Below are positions 54,362-64,000 of a stretch of DNA of 64,000 bases, one piece after another (position 1 is the stretch's first letter; the number at the start of each line of letters is the position of its first letter). The position numbers were made by a program, and so were the translations under genes. Source of the DNA: a virus; IMG/VR virus record IMGVR_UViG_3300031251_000003, positions 32,001 to 96,000 of that record. One strand, 5' to 3'. The notes beneath the pieces were generated by a model. That model ran no database searches. It saw only the letters and a list, made by a program, of their open reading frames with translations, and was not told where the DNA came from.

Positions 54362-54675
54362 AGGCCGAGTCTGAGTTAGTAGGAAATCTGTTGAGACTCT
54401 TAGATCGCCAAGGACTTCTTAAGGGAGATCTGAATATTTTGCAACAGAACGGATTAGCATGGGTCTTGGGTTATGAATCTCAACAAATGGTTGACTTCGA
54501 GAAGTATCGAACGATCAACACAGGGCTAGTGACTAACCCAGCTACCTCTAAGGGGTTCCTCAAGAGACTTCTTGATGAACAAGAGCCGCAAACGATCCAT
54601 GAATCAAGCGATGAGTGGATGACCCCTCAGTCACTTCAAGATATCGAAGCCTTTTTGCAGCAGACGGTTACGTAG
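54355..54675 (+). CDS. Frameshift extension of the tail assembly chaperone (G-T type)
   Basis: Reads RLKAESELVGNLLRLLDRQ... continuously from the slip site. Confidence 0.75.
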   Translation, partial: RLKAESELVGNLLRLLDRQGLLKGDLNILQQNGLAWVLGYESQQMVDFEKYRTINTGLVTNPATSKGFLKRLLDEQEPQTIHESSDEWMTPQSLQDIEAFLQQTVT

Positions 54676-54829
54676 TGTCGTTGCCGAACAGGGTGCCCAG
54701 GAGCAACATGAAAATCACGAAGGCAATAACTCCACCGATGACCGGGATGGTCAAAGCTCCGAGCACTACGAAGATCATTCCGAAGAAGATGAATAATCCG
54801 TACCCTATATTTGAAGCTAACTGTTTCAT
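54668..54829 (-). CDS. 53-aa two-TM membrane protein (moron, not in track)
   Basis: MKQLASNIGYGLFIFFGMIFVVLGALTIPVIGGVIAFVIFMLLLGTLFGNDTT; GAAAGGA RBS; own promoter. Confidence 0.75.
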   Translation of the reverse strand: MKQLASNIGYGLFIFFGMIFVVLGALTIPVIGGVIAFVIFMLLLGTLFGNDTT

Positions 54830-54850
54830 AGTTTTATCCTTTCAATCACT

Positions 54851-54878
54851 ATTATATCACTAATTATGTGGATGTCAA
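54851..54878 (-). promoter_or_regulatory. SigA consensus promoter
   Basis: TTGACA-N16-TATAAT, extended TG. Confidence 0.85.
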
Positions 54879-57167
54879 ATGGCCGATATAAGTAATAGTC
54901 CTTTTTTTGATTCAGGATCCCAACGTAGAATTAACCCTTTGACGTTTGATCCTGGGCAATTCCCTCCTGGTCAACCTACCCCAACTCATCCTCTGTTATA
55001 TCAGATTCCTACTGTTGGCAGAGAACAGGTAGACCTTACGAATATCCTTAAAACCAATCTAGAAGTACTGGTGGGATTAGGCAATCAAACAAATAGGAGT
55101 CTTGGAGGCATTAATAATCTCCTTAATAGGACTGTGCAGCACTATGACAATATGGTAAATAGTGCTCAGCAACTTAATATCGAAACACAAAAGGGTGCAG
55201 AACAAAATCAGCAAATGATCGAGTTCGCTCAAGCCAGAGAACGGGCAGAGAAGCAAGTCAATGCTGCTATGGAGAAAGGTTTAAACTCACTAAGAACACA
55301 GTTTCAACTTGCCGGAATGTTAAAGAAAGAGAAGATCACTTATGCTGATTCCCAAGGTAGACCAAGATCTATTGATTTAAATCAGTTTTCTTCTCTTCCA
55401 CAAGAACAACAAGATCTTATCAAGAGGCAAGTTGTCTCAGGTATAGCTTCGGCTTCTCCTGGTAAGGCATCATTCAGTCAAGCATTTCAGCATATCCTTC
55501 ACGGAAACCTTGGAGCAGCAGTTGGTGAGCTAGTACAGGCACTACCGGGTACCAGCGGATTTGCAATGAAAGCTGCCGAAAAAGGAGCAGCTATTCAAGC
55601 CGGTGCAGGAGAGGGAATGACAGGGATGTTACAAAGAGGGCTTGGAGGACTTGTAGCATCGGGTGGAGAGTTCTTGGTTTCACCGGCAGCAGTATATTTG
55701 GTTCAGCGAGAGGTACGCCAAGGGATTAGAGCTTATCAGGAAAACCTTAGAACTGGTATGCAGACAGGTCTACAGGGTGGTTCAGCAGTAACGGAATCTA
55801 TTGGAGCTAATATCCGAGCGCACTTCGAGGCGCTGAACCCCTTCGACGCTTTGACGACCAGCATGGCAGAACAGATTTCCAAGGGGATTATGAGTGAAGG
55901 GTTCTCTGGGCCGATAAGAGCGGCATGGCAGGACTCAGTAACCGATGTGGTCAAGCAGACTGGATTAGACGCTAGCCAAGCTCTACAACTAATGACAACA
56001 GCAGTAGACCAATTAGGGTCTAGCGCTGACCAGTTCCGTAGCAACATGGGACTCGTTGAGCTAACCTCTAAACAAACTACTCTAAGTGTCGAGCAAGCGG
56101 CACAGTCCATGCAAGCTTTACAGTCACAGTTCGCCCCTAAGGGTGGAGCAGCCGGTGCTCAAGCTGTAGCTCCTGGTGGACAAGTATTCCAATCTCAGAT
56201 CACAAAGTTCTCCCGAATTGCAGGAGCAGGGTTAGCTCAGAGACTAATCCCAGCTATAGGGCAGAATTGGCAGATGTTGGTCACCAGGGCCGGACTCAAT
56301 CCCGCTGATGCATTTACACCACAGGTTGAAAAGCAGTTCCTAAAAGTTTTGGATGCTAATGGTCAGTGGTTATGGAACCTCAAGAATTCAAATCCGCTAT
56401 GGAGAAATATGGGATTAGGGCTTTGGGTAGGTCATATGGAAGGTATGTCTCCACAACTATTCGATACCCTATTGGGGCCGGGTGTCCAGAATTCAGATGT
56501 TGTAGCCTTTATGAATGCAACCAAGGGTCACGGGTTAGAGGTTCAGCAAGCCAAGACTGCCGCTGATCAACTCAAGACAGAGACTAAACCACAGGCTCAG
56601 CATAGAGGATTCTTTGGTGGACTCCTTCATGGTGGTCTTCATGTTATAACTGCCGGTACCCATGAAGTAGGGAATATAGCTAGCATCCCAGGAAAGTATC
56701 TAGGGAAGGGTGTGGCCGAAACCCTTCGTGATGTCGGTGTACCGAAGGATCTAGCTAATCAGATCGGAGGAATTAGTGGTGAGACTGGTGGGGATCTTGT
56801 ACCCGGAGCCTTGTTCAAGCATCTGCCAATCTATAACGATTACAGTTTCTCGAAAACACAAAATCAGATGCTCAAAGTTGCTTCACAGCAATTGAATTCA
56901 TTGAATATCCCGAGCAAATACAGAGATGAAATCCTTGCCCCATTACGCGAAGCCAATTCTATTGATCAGCTTCGTGGATCGGCCGCGAAAGCATATCAAG
57001 ATCAAGTAGTGAAGATTGAGATAGACCTTCATCCTAATGCCAAGAAGTTGATTCTTGCTCGAACAGATCCATCCTCGCAGCAGAAGTACCACGATTCCCG
57101 CAGCGCTAAATCAGGTACACAGGGTATGCCAACTACAGCAAACAACTCATCCTATTACGGTCAATAA
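54879..57167 (+). CDS. Tape measure protein
   Basis: A/G/Q-rich helical, 762 aa, after the chaperone. Confidence 0.8.
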   Translation: MADISNSPFFDSGSQRRINPLTFDPGQFPPGQPTPTHPLLYQIPTVGREQVDLTNILKTNLEVLVGLGNQTNRSLGGINNLLNRTVQHYDNMVNSAQQLNIETQKGAEQNQQMIEFAQARERAEKQVNAAMEKGLNSLRTQFQLAGMLKKEKITYADSQGRPRSIDLNQFSSLPQEQQDLIKRQVVSGIASASPGKASFSQAFQHILHGNLGAAVGELVQALPGTSGFAMKAAEKGAAIQAGAGEGMTGMLQRGLGGLVASGGEFLVSPAAVYLVQREVRQGIRAYQENLRTGMQTGLQGGSAVTESIGANIRAHFEALNPFDALTTSMAEQISKGIMSEGFSGPIRAAWQDSVTDVVKQTGLDASQALQLMTTAVDQLGSSADQFRSNMGLVELTSKQTTLSVEQAAQSMQALQSQFAPKGGAAGAQAVAPGGQVFQSQITKFSRIAGAGLAQRLIPAIGQNWQMLVTRAGLNPADAFTPQVEKQFLKVLDANGQWLWNLKNSNPLWRNMGLGLWVGHMEGMSPQLFDTLLGPGVQNSDVVAFMNATKGHGLEVQQAKTAADQLKTETKPQAQHRGFFGGLLHGGLHVITAGTHEVGNIASIPGKYLGKGVAETLRDVGVPKDLANQIGGISGETGGDLVPGALFKHLPIYNDYSFSKTQNQMLKVASQQLNSLNIPSKYRDEILAPLREANSIDQLRGSAAKAYQDQVVKIEIDLHPNAKKLILARTDPSSQQKYHDSRSAKSGTQGMPTTANNSSYYGQ

Positions 57168-58093
57168 TGGCTACGATATTCTCTCATCCAAATCTCAAGA
57201 CAGATCTAATATTGCGGCTAGACCCTACTGAAGTTGACTGGACATACAATCTCAATACTTCAGAGACAGCCACGTATGCAGGCCAGGTTGTTCAGATCCT
57301 CAGTGTGAACTTTGAGAGCTTTGTCATTCAAGGCAGATTTGGACGAGAAGCTAGAGATGATTATACCAGAGAAGGTGCGGCCCTAGTTAGGAAGCCACAG
57401 GGGAACCCGCTAACATCAGGAGCTTATGGGCCAGGATTGTTTCAAATGCATGAATGGTTCAAGCAGTATTTCTCTATAGCATCTCAGGGAATCAATGGTC
57501 AGGACAACTACAACCAGAGTCCGGTAACAGTAACCTACCGAGGAACTTATGATATCCCGGTCGATGATGATAAATCTGAAACTAGTTGGAAGGTATACCC
57601 AACTAGCTTTCCTAGCTTCCGAATTGCAAACGATAATTTCGCCCCGGAATGGAAAGTGGAATGTCAAGTCTATGAAGCGCCTAGTTCTATATCAACCTCT
57701 ACAATCGATGAAGCAATCGATAGATTACAGTATCAGCCTTTGTATCAGCCGGGTTCCAAGTGGAGTGATCCTAATCCTATCTCCGGTAATCCTACGCCAT
57801 CCCAACTAAGAGATGCAGCCCAAGCTGTATTCAACTCTTTGAATCAGGCAGCGGATATCTTTATTCAGAATCTACCGACCTATACTGCTTCAGATTTAGA
57901 AGAAATGATCGTAAAGGGATTCTCCACACCGCAGAGTGCTTCTGTTGGAAGTCAGGCGAAACCACAACAAGAAGTGATACCGGGTAACCTTTTCTCTGGT
58001 GATCCATTCTCGTTAGATCAGATCCTACCGGGTGTAGACGTAAATCCAGCTACAAATCCCAATGCTGCTGGGCCAGTGAAAGGAGGATCATAA
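57167..58093 (+). CDS. Baseplate/tube-initiator protein
   Basis: LDPTEVDWTY...TYAGQVVQILS; position. Confidence 0.6.
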   Translation: MATIFSHPNLKTDLILRLDPTEVDWTYNLNTSETATYAGQVVQILSVNFESFVIQGRFGREARDDYTREGAALVRKPQGNPLTSGAYGPGLFQMHEWFKQYFSIASQGINGQDNYNQSPVTVTYRGTYDIPVDDDKSETSWKVYPTSFPSFRIANDNFAPEWKVECQVYEAPSSISTSTIDEAIDRLQYQPLYQPGSKWSDPNPISGNPTPSQLRDAAQAVFNSLNQAADIFIQNLPTYTASDLEEMIVKGFSTPQSASVGSQAKPQQEVIPGNLFSGDPFSLDQILPGVDVNPATNPNAAGPVKGGS

Positions 58094-58645
58094 ATGGCAC
58101 AATGGGGAACACTTAGTTACATCGATGTTCAGGGGAACAGCCTTACTCACGACATCAAGATAACGAGCATAGATCAGCAGCAGTCCTTAGAAGGTCAGTC
58201 TTATCAAAGTCGTTCTAAGAGACATTTCTATCCTCGATCCCATATGCCGGGAGATATTCTCGTGGCTGGGATCTGTTCTAAGAGTAATCTAGGAGATGGT
58301 CAACAAACCTATCAGGCTTTAGCTGCATTTATTCGTCACCATCAGAGAGTGTTGTTAGGTGTACCTAGTGGCAATTTCCAGTTTAAAACAAATGCAGCAA
58401 GTAAATCACTTTTAACTTTGAATATCCCTACAGAGAATAGCGAATGGCAAGGATTCATTAAACAATTTGGAATGGTAAAGAAAGGAGTTTATGAACCAGC
58501 ACCAACTTACTTATTTAACTTCTTTGTTGTATTCGATAATTCTTCTGTAAATATCGGAATATCGAATCGTGTTTCAGCATATTACACAGCAGGGGCACAA
58601 ACTCCACCCCCGCCGAATTTGGCACAGATAATAAAGAACACTTAA
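58094..58645 (+). CDS. Baseplate protein
   Basis: Position in the baseplate operon. Confidence 0.55.
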   Translation: MAQWGTLSYIDVQGNSLTHDIKITSIDQQQSLEGQSYQSRSKRHFYPRSHMPGDILVAGICSKSNLGDGQQTYQALAAFIRHHQRVLLGVPSGNFQFKTNAASKSLLTLNIPTENSEWQGFIKQFGMVKKGVYEPAPTYLFNFFVVFDNSSVNIGISNRVSAYYTAGAQTPPPPNLAQIIKNT

Positions 58646-61206
58646 TGGAAAGATTAGTATACAATCCAAAGGTAGAATGTCTCATCATGCTAGAGGATGA
58701 AACGAGGCAGATAGATGTAACTCCTGATATCGTCAGCGGTACTATCAATCGACGCCTTAATGCCATGAGTGATATGTCTCTGACTCTTCAGAACAAGGAC
58801 GGGCGCTACACCAAGACAGATCTCATTCAGCCAATGGATCGTATCATTGTACGCATGTGTAGGGTTGGACAACCCTTCCTGACATTTAGTGGATTTGTCG
58901 ATGATGCTCCATACTATCAAATCTACCCCGGTACAGTGACGTTAGCGGCGAGTGATACACTGAAACTTCTCGCTAATACTTACTTTGATCCAGGACTTGT
59001 TGCGTTGCAAATGTGGTTCCAAAGTAAAGGATGGACTTATGATGCTGCTGCTGGGACTCTTTTGAAGTTTAGCAATGGCGGTGGAGTAGGTAATGACGAT
59101 CTCTTTGGGAACATGGGAGATCTGATTCAGTCCATGCTGATGGAGATAGCAAATTGGCCCAAAGACTCTATAGCAATTTATAACATTCCAATAACATTTA
59201 TTCAAAGTATTGCTAATGTATTGCAGGATGTAAATGCTGACGCCGAACAAACCTACAAGGAATCCGTGATTCTTTTGGATAAACTCTATGGTTCTACATC
59301 ATCCAATTTACAGAGTACAGGTGGTGGAACCATAACAAGCCCAGGAGCTTCGACGGGTGGCGGAAACATTAGTGGAAATGATGTAGCTAAGCTGGCTCTC
59401 AATGCTGGATTCTCAGGTGACAGTGCGGTAAAAGCTGTAGCCATTTCTAATGCAGAAAGTTCTTTCGTTACGAATGCCATGAACTTTAATTCAGATGGTT
59501 CTTATGATGTCGGACTGTGGCAAATCAATACCGTCCACACTTCGGGTGGAACCGGATTAACTGCGCCTCCCGGTGGAGTAGGAACCCTCAAGATGCCAGA
59601 AGATTGGTATGCTGTCAAGCCATCCCTGCCTTCCTCCGTTGCAGCATATATCGAAAGTATGTTCGTCCCGGCGACTAATGCCGGTGCTGCATTCTCGATC
59701 TCTAGTTCAGGTACAAGCTTCTCTCCTTGGTCAACATTCAATAATGGTGATTATCTATCTCATATGAGTGATGCAGCAGGATTCGTTCAAGGTGGAGCAA
59801 GTTCTTTGTCGGCAGGAACCTTGGGCCAACTAGCTAAAAATTCAAATGATACAACGCAGGCCACCACAAATCAAGCTCAGACGACAACCATTGCCGACAA
59901 CATTGTCAAGATAGCAGAGGGTGAAGCATCCAAGGGAATTAGGGAAATTGGTGATACTAACTCTGGCCCCGAGATCCAGAAGTATCAAGCTGTCACGGGT
60001 GCATTCGGTGAGGCTTGGTGTGCGTCATTCGTTCAGTGGGTCTACAAGACCGCAGGACGACCGTTGACGGAAACGGGATATACAGCGGGTGTAGGATCAA
60101 TGCAAGCAACAGCAGCGAGTAAGAATTGGGATATTGGTTCTCCACGCCCTGGCGATATCGTTATGTGGAGTGACGATCATACAGGGATTGTTACAGGCGT
60201 ACAAGGCAATCAGTTCTGGACGGTTGAAGGTAACTCATCCGATGGAGTAAACGCTCGTGGCCCATATACCATCGGTGTAGCGACTCCTGATGTCGATGGT
60301 GCTGTCCCGACATTTGCTCATCCATCGGGAATCGGATCATCAGCGGCTAACTACGTAGGAACCGATGCAAACACAACAGGTGTCGGCGGTAACCAGGATC
60401 TATCAACCCTTACAGTAGCACAAATTGCTCAACTTGGTAACCAGGGTGCATTCTACACACAGCAATTCCAGAGTTCGGATGTACTTCTTTCTCAATCTCT
60501 AACAGGTGCCCGTGCTTTAGCGAACGACCAGCCGATCCTAGAATGGATAGATACCGCTGTGCAGTCATCCGGTCGCGTCTACTGTACCACCCCAAGTGGT
60601 AAGTTTTTGGCATTCTTTCCAGATCGTTGGGGCTTCTTTGAGCGAACCCCTTACTTCCACATCAACGATATAGAAATAATAGATTTAACCATTAACAAGA
60701 ACGACACAAACCTTACTACACATGTGTTCACTAGTGGCCCAATCCTTCCAGCTTCCGGGATCACTATCATTGACCGTATGAGATCCATGGTGGCTTCAAT
60801 CGAGGATGAGGCATTTCCATTCTTCGTTCCGACCAGCAAGCCTCTCAATGCACTAGACTTCTTAAAGAGGTATGGTGCTCGCCCCTTTGTGAACGATATC
60901 CAGAATATCAACAACCCCTTCTTACTTTGGATGCACGGTTGGATGAAGTTCATCGAGCTATGGTCACAGAGATTTACTTCCAGCGCTTCGTTTACATTCA
61001 TGCCCGAGATTCTACCCGGTGGTCTAGTTTCTTTTGGTAATCGTGTCCAAATGTTTGTGGAGAGTGTAACCCATAACTTTGATTTGAGTGGCGGGTTTAC
61101 CACCAATGCAGAACTATCATCTCTCACCGCCTTGCAAGGAACTAATCAATTCCCCGATCTTACGGCTCCTGCACTTGAAGGTGGATTCGGAGTACAGACT
61201 ACATAA
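58645..61206 (+). CDS. Baseplate hub with inserted lytic transglycosylase (SLT-like) and CHAP domains
   Basis: AISNAESSF...DVGLWQIN...PWST; WCASFVQWVY...HTGIV...TVEGNS; hub C-terminus VESVTHNF...FTT. Confidence 0.85.
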   Translation: MERLVYNPKVECLIMLEDETRQIDVTPDIVSGTINRRLNAMSDMSLTLQNKDGRYTKTDLIQPMDRIIVRMCRVGQPFLTFSGFVDDAPYYQIYPGTVTLAASDTLKLLANTYFDPGLVALQMWFQSKGWTYDAAAGTLLKFSNGGGVGNDDLFGNMGDLIQSMLMEIANWPKDSIAIYNIPITFIQSIANVLQDVNADAEQTYKESVILLDKLYGSTSSNLQSTGGGTITSPGASTGGGNISGNDVAKLALNAGFSGDSAVKAVAISNAESSFVTNAMNFNSDGSYDVGLWQINTVHTSGGTGLTAPPGGVGTLKMPEDWYAVKPSLPSSVAAYIESMFVPATNAGAAFSISSSGTSFSPWSTFNNGDYLSHMSDAAGFVQGGASSLSAGTLGQLAKNSNDTTQATTNQAQTTTIADNIVKIAEGEASKGIREIGDTNSGPEIQKYQAVTGAFGEAWCASFVQWVYKTAGRPLTETGYTAGVGSMQATAASKNWDIGSPRPGDIVMWSDDHTGIVTGVQGNQFWTVEGNSSDGVNARGPYTIGVATPDVDGAVPTFAHPSGIGSSAANYVGTDANTTGVGGNQDLSTLTVAQIAQLGNQGAFYTQQFQSSDVLLSQSLTGARALANDQPILEWIDTAVQSSGRVYCTTPSGKFLAFFPDRWGFFERTPYFHINDIEIIDLTINKNDTNLTTHVFTSGPILPASGITIIDRMRSMVASIEDEAFPFFVPTSKPLNALDFLKRYGARPFVNDIQNINNPFLLWMHGWMKFIELWSQRFTSSASFTFMPEILPGGLVSFGNRVQMFVESVTHNFDLSGGFTTNAELSSLTALQGTNQFPDLTAPALEGGFGVQTT

Positions 61207-62462
61207 TGGCATCAGATAGACAAATACGACGGATGACCGAACAGAGAAGTGTAATCATCAATAACGTCGATACGACGAATAACAATATCAGCATGACCGA
61301 TCAGTATGGTAGTACTCTCTCGGCATCTATCCACTTCGGAGATCCAGTCATCTCTGTCCCTAAACAGGGCGAAGAGTGGGTAGTAGAAAGGAGAAATAAC
61401 GACTGGTTTCTTAAAGATAAAGCTACTGTTGGAGTATTACCGACTCTCAATCCGGGCGATGTTTTCTTTACTGGTGACAATCTCATTATGCCTGGTGGCA
61501 ACACTTATGGAAATACTGTTTTCATTACACAAGCTAATCATGGATTCACTAATGGAACTGTGCTGTATTACACCGGAAGTGCTTATGGGAAGGCAAAAGC
61601 AGATTCTATGCCTAACTCAGAAGTCGTAGGTATCGTGAGTTCCGTTCAAGATGCTAATAGTTTCATTCTCACTACAAGCGGATTGATGACTGGACTCTCT
61701 GGTCTTACTCCTGGCGCTGTCTACTTCTTAGATCCAGTTACAGCCGGGGCGTTAACCACCACGGAACCCACTACAGCGGGACAAGTCAGCAAGCCTCTTC
61801 TGGTTGCTGTTAGTGCTCTGAGCGGTTTCTTTATCAACTGGCGAGGTAATCTAGTAGTTTCATCGGTACCCTCAGGAGCAGTCTTCGCTCACGCTGCCAC
61901 TTCAGCACCTTCCGGCTATCTAATCTGTGATGGATCATCCCAACTTAGAGCCACATACCCTACTCTCTTTACTGCAATTGGTACTACGTATGGATCAGTC
62001 GATGGTACTCACTTTACTCTACCCGATATGCGAGGTAGAACTGTAGCTGGGTATGCCTCAGGTGGACACTCAGATGTCGCCACTATCGGTAACAACGATG
62101 GATCCTCCTTAGCCAATAGGCGACCAAAACACCCTCATACATCTTCTCATACCCTAACACTACCTAATCACGGTCACTCCGATACAATTTCGGTTAGCGT
62201 TGTACCTGATAATTCTGGTTCAGGTTATGAGTTCGTTACACACATCCCTGGTGCTAATAACTATGGGACATTCGGGATGTCAGCTAATTTCAATACAGGT
62301 GGTAATGAAGGTCACGTAGCAAATGCCGTGGCTACTAAAAGTGGATCAGTTGATAACCCTACCTCTAACCCGGCGATTAACGGTTCGGTAACAGTTGGAT
62401 CCTCAGGAGCAGCAAATGATGCACCTTCGTATATCGTCCTCAATTACATCATCAAAATATAA
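61206..62462 (+). CDS. Spike/fibre protein with C-terminal tail-collar domain
   Basis: OB-like N-terminus (PKQGEEW); APSGYLICDG...LPDMRGR; ends NYIIKI. Confidence 0.75.
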   Translation: MASDRQIRRMTEQRSVIINNVDTTNNNISMTDQYGSTLSASIHFGDPVISVPKQGEEWVVERRNNDWFLKDKATVGVLPTLNPGDVFFTGDNLIMPGGNTYGNTVFITQANHGFTNGTVLYYTGSAYGKAKADSMPNSEVVGIVSSVQDANSFILTTSGLMTGLSGLTPGAVYFLDPVTAGALTTTEPTTAGQVSKPLLVAVSALSGFFINWRGNLVVSSVPSGAVFAHAATSAPSGYLICDGSSQLRATYPTLFTAIGTTYGSVDGTHFTLPDMRGRTVAGYASGGHSDVATIGNNDGSSLANRRPKHPHTSSHTLTLPNHGHSDTISVSVVPDNSGSGYEFVTHIPGANNYGTFGMSANFNTGGNEGHVANAVATKSGSVDNPTSNPAINGSVTVGSSGAANDAPSYIVLNYIIKI

Positions 62463-62926
62463 TGTCCAATAATTTCAAAATAGCCAATGGAGATCTAGTC
62501 GTACAGAGTCGTTCGTATGATCGAGTCTCCGGTTTACAAAAACTACAACAGGATCTGATCCTCTGGATTCTAGAACATATCGGCACGGATCCATCCACTC
62601 CTACCTATGGAAGTTCATTGGACGGCGGTGTAATAGATGGAAGCCCTGTTCCTTCTTTCATAGGAGAACAGCCTACTCAAGCTCGTATCCAACAAATCGT
62701 GTCCGAAGTTAGGAGAGTTCTTGAGCTTTACCAGCAAACCCAAATCAATAAGATGCAGTTAGAAATGTCTATCTTTAGAGGAAAGCACACCTTGAGCGCC
62801 GATGAGGTTTTGGCTTCTGTTGATTCCATCAACGCAGTCGTTGAAGGAGATCAGGTGATCGTTCAGGTAGGAATTTCCACAGCTTCTAACCAGTCTCTAC
62901 TTCTCACTATCCCGGCACAGGCTTAA
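62462..62926 (+). CDS. Baseplate wedge subunit (gp25-like)
   Basis: KLQQDL...PTYGSSL; position before baseplate J. Confidence 0.75.
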   Translation: MSNNFKIANGDLVVQSRSYDRVSGLQKLQQDLILWILEHIGTDPSTPTYGSSLDGGVIDGSPVPSFIGEQPTQARIQQIVSEVRRVLELYQQTQINKMQLEMSIFRGKHTLSADEVLASVDSINAVVEGDQVIVQVGISTASNQSLLLTIPAQA

Positions 62927-64000
62927 ATGGCACAGACATCAGCAGATATCTCGAATGCAATTAGAACGAATCTTCGCGTTCTTGATCCTGACATCTCGAC
63001 CGAACCTCTAACACCTGAACGTAAGATCATCGACACTGTTGCCGATGTCATCGCAGAGGCCGGTGTCGATACCTTTGTTTCTAATTATCAGTTTGATATC
63101 GATACCAAGGTTGGTACTGATCTTGACAAGTTCATAGCTCTCTGGGGATTTGCTCGCCAAGGTGGTAGAGCAGCTTCAGGGGTTGTCACACTTTCTCGTT
63201 TCGATAGCGCAACGGTAGATCTACAGATTCCAGCGGGTACTCAGATTGTCAAGCCTGCTACTAGTGTTTCTCCGGCTATCACGTTCCAGACTACCACGAG
63301 TACGACAATCTATGTCGGCACGACATCTGCTAATGCTCCGATCCAATGTACGACGATAGGTAATCTCGGTAACGTTGCAGCTAATACCCTCACGGTTCTG
63401 TCCAGCTTAGCGGGTAGTGGTGTTTCGGCCGTTACGAATCCTAACCCTACCTCTGGTGGTACCGATCAAGAAAGTGATGCAGAGCTTCGTGTCCGCTTCA
63501 AGAACACTGTCTTTAGGAACATCGCTGGTACTCAAGATCAGTTCCTCGCTCTAGCTATCGCCTCTAGGTTCGCTAACAAAGCAAACGTCATTGGGCCTAC
63601 TAGCCGTTTCATCGAATATTTGCAGATTGCGGCTGGTGCAGCTACGTCAATTATCCCTTATTCAAAGAACACTTATAGCTTTGATTACTGGTTAACTGAT
63701 GGGAATTATACATCGGAGACTTTCTATACTCCTGCTGGTGCTGATTACACGTTCAATGCTACAACACCACCATCTATCACAGTAAACAACTCTACTCATC
63801 TTCCTAACGGGAAGATCGTTCTCTTGGAACACACCTATACGTCTAAGAATTCACGTAATGTCCCTGCCAGTGGGATCATGAACTATGTAGATGTCTACGT
63901 CTCCGGTAGGGATGAAACAACGGCAACCGAGGCGTGTGTATTCCCGTCATCGGCCAACAATTTCGTCAGTACTCCTACCACATCTACGTTCTACAATCAG
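62927..64000 (+). CDS. Baseplate J-like protein (3'-truncated, not in track)
   Basis: Hand translation: MAQTSADIS...GTDLDKF..WGFAR...IPAGTQ...GNVAANT...VTNP....GGTDQESDAELRVR. Confidence 0.88.
   Translation, partial: MAQTSADISNAIRTNLRVLDPDISTEPLTPERKIIDTVADVIAEAGVDTFVSNYQFDIDTKVGTDLDKFIALWGFARQGGRAASGVVTLSRFDSATVDLQIPAGTQIVKPATSVSPAITFQTTTSTTIYVGTTSANAPIQCTTIGNLGNVAANTLTVLSSLAGSGVSAVTNPNPTSGGTDQESDAELRVRFKNTVFRNIAGTQDQFLALAIASRFANKANVIGPTSRFIEYLQIAAGAATSIIPYSKNTYSFDYWLTDGNYTSETFYTPAGADYTFNATTPPSITVNNSTHLPNGKIVLLEHTYTSKNSRNVPASGIMNYVDVYVSGRDETTATEACVFPSSANNFVSTPTTSTFYNQ

Noticed and set aside
1-64000. tRNA/rRNA genes
   Set aside because: No cloverleaf or T-loop signature noticed in the short intergenic gaps; tRNAscan-SE would be needed to exclude them fully.
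1-64000. Stop-codon reassignment
   Set aside because: Conserved genes are intact in the standard code, and TAA, TAG and TGA all end genes at expected positions (for example the MCP ends in TAG).

Overview
The window is part of a large contractile-tailed phage (myovirus) genome. The major capsid protein (MCP) and prohead protease resemble the Bxz1/cluster-C-like actinophage type (recognised from memory, not searched), and leaderless SigA-type promoters suggest an actinobacterial host. Layout: (1) 1-23 kb, + strand: very large multidomain proteins mixed with small paralogous ORFs; (2) 23-33 kb: head module (protease/scaffold, decoration protein, MCP) and an amidase; (3) 33-49 kb, - strand: an early/accessory block with Nif3, ArdC-like protein, HNH-RNA ligase, DNA ligase, SpoT-like HD protein, DEDD exonuclease, GNAT, rIIA/rIIB and a cyclic-phosphate receiver domain; (4) 49-64 kb: neck, sheath, tube, frameshifted chaperone, tape measure and baseplate. 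The most striking feature is a candidate polyprotein cargo system. A >2100-aa ORF carries about 17 diverged copies of an unrecognised ~90-110-aa His-containing module. The same module is fused to a CCA-adding enzyme, two Pol-beta nucleotidyltransferases and a glycosylase/phospho-His protein. Domain boundaries in these proteins repeatedly carry a [K/R/H]-x-[A/S/G] motif (KTA, KVA, KQA, RLA...) that could be a prohead-protease cleavage site. Other notable signals: an exact 11-bp DNA repeat at four consecutive module junctions, nine Rmf-like small paralogues, a shared TAATAGATGA late-promoter-like motif, a candidate small RNA and a high-GC insertion. All functional calls come from motif reading without database searches.
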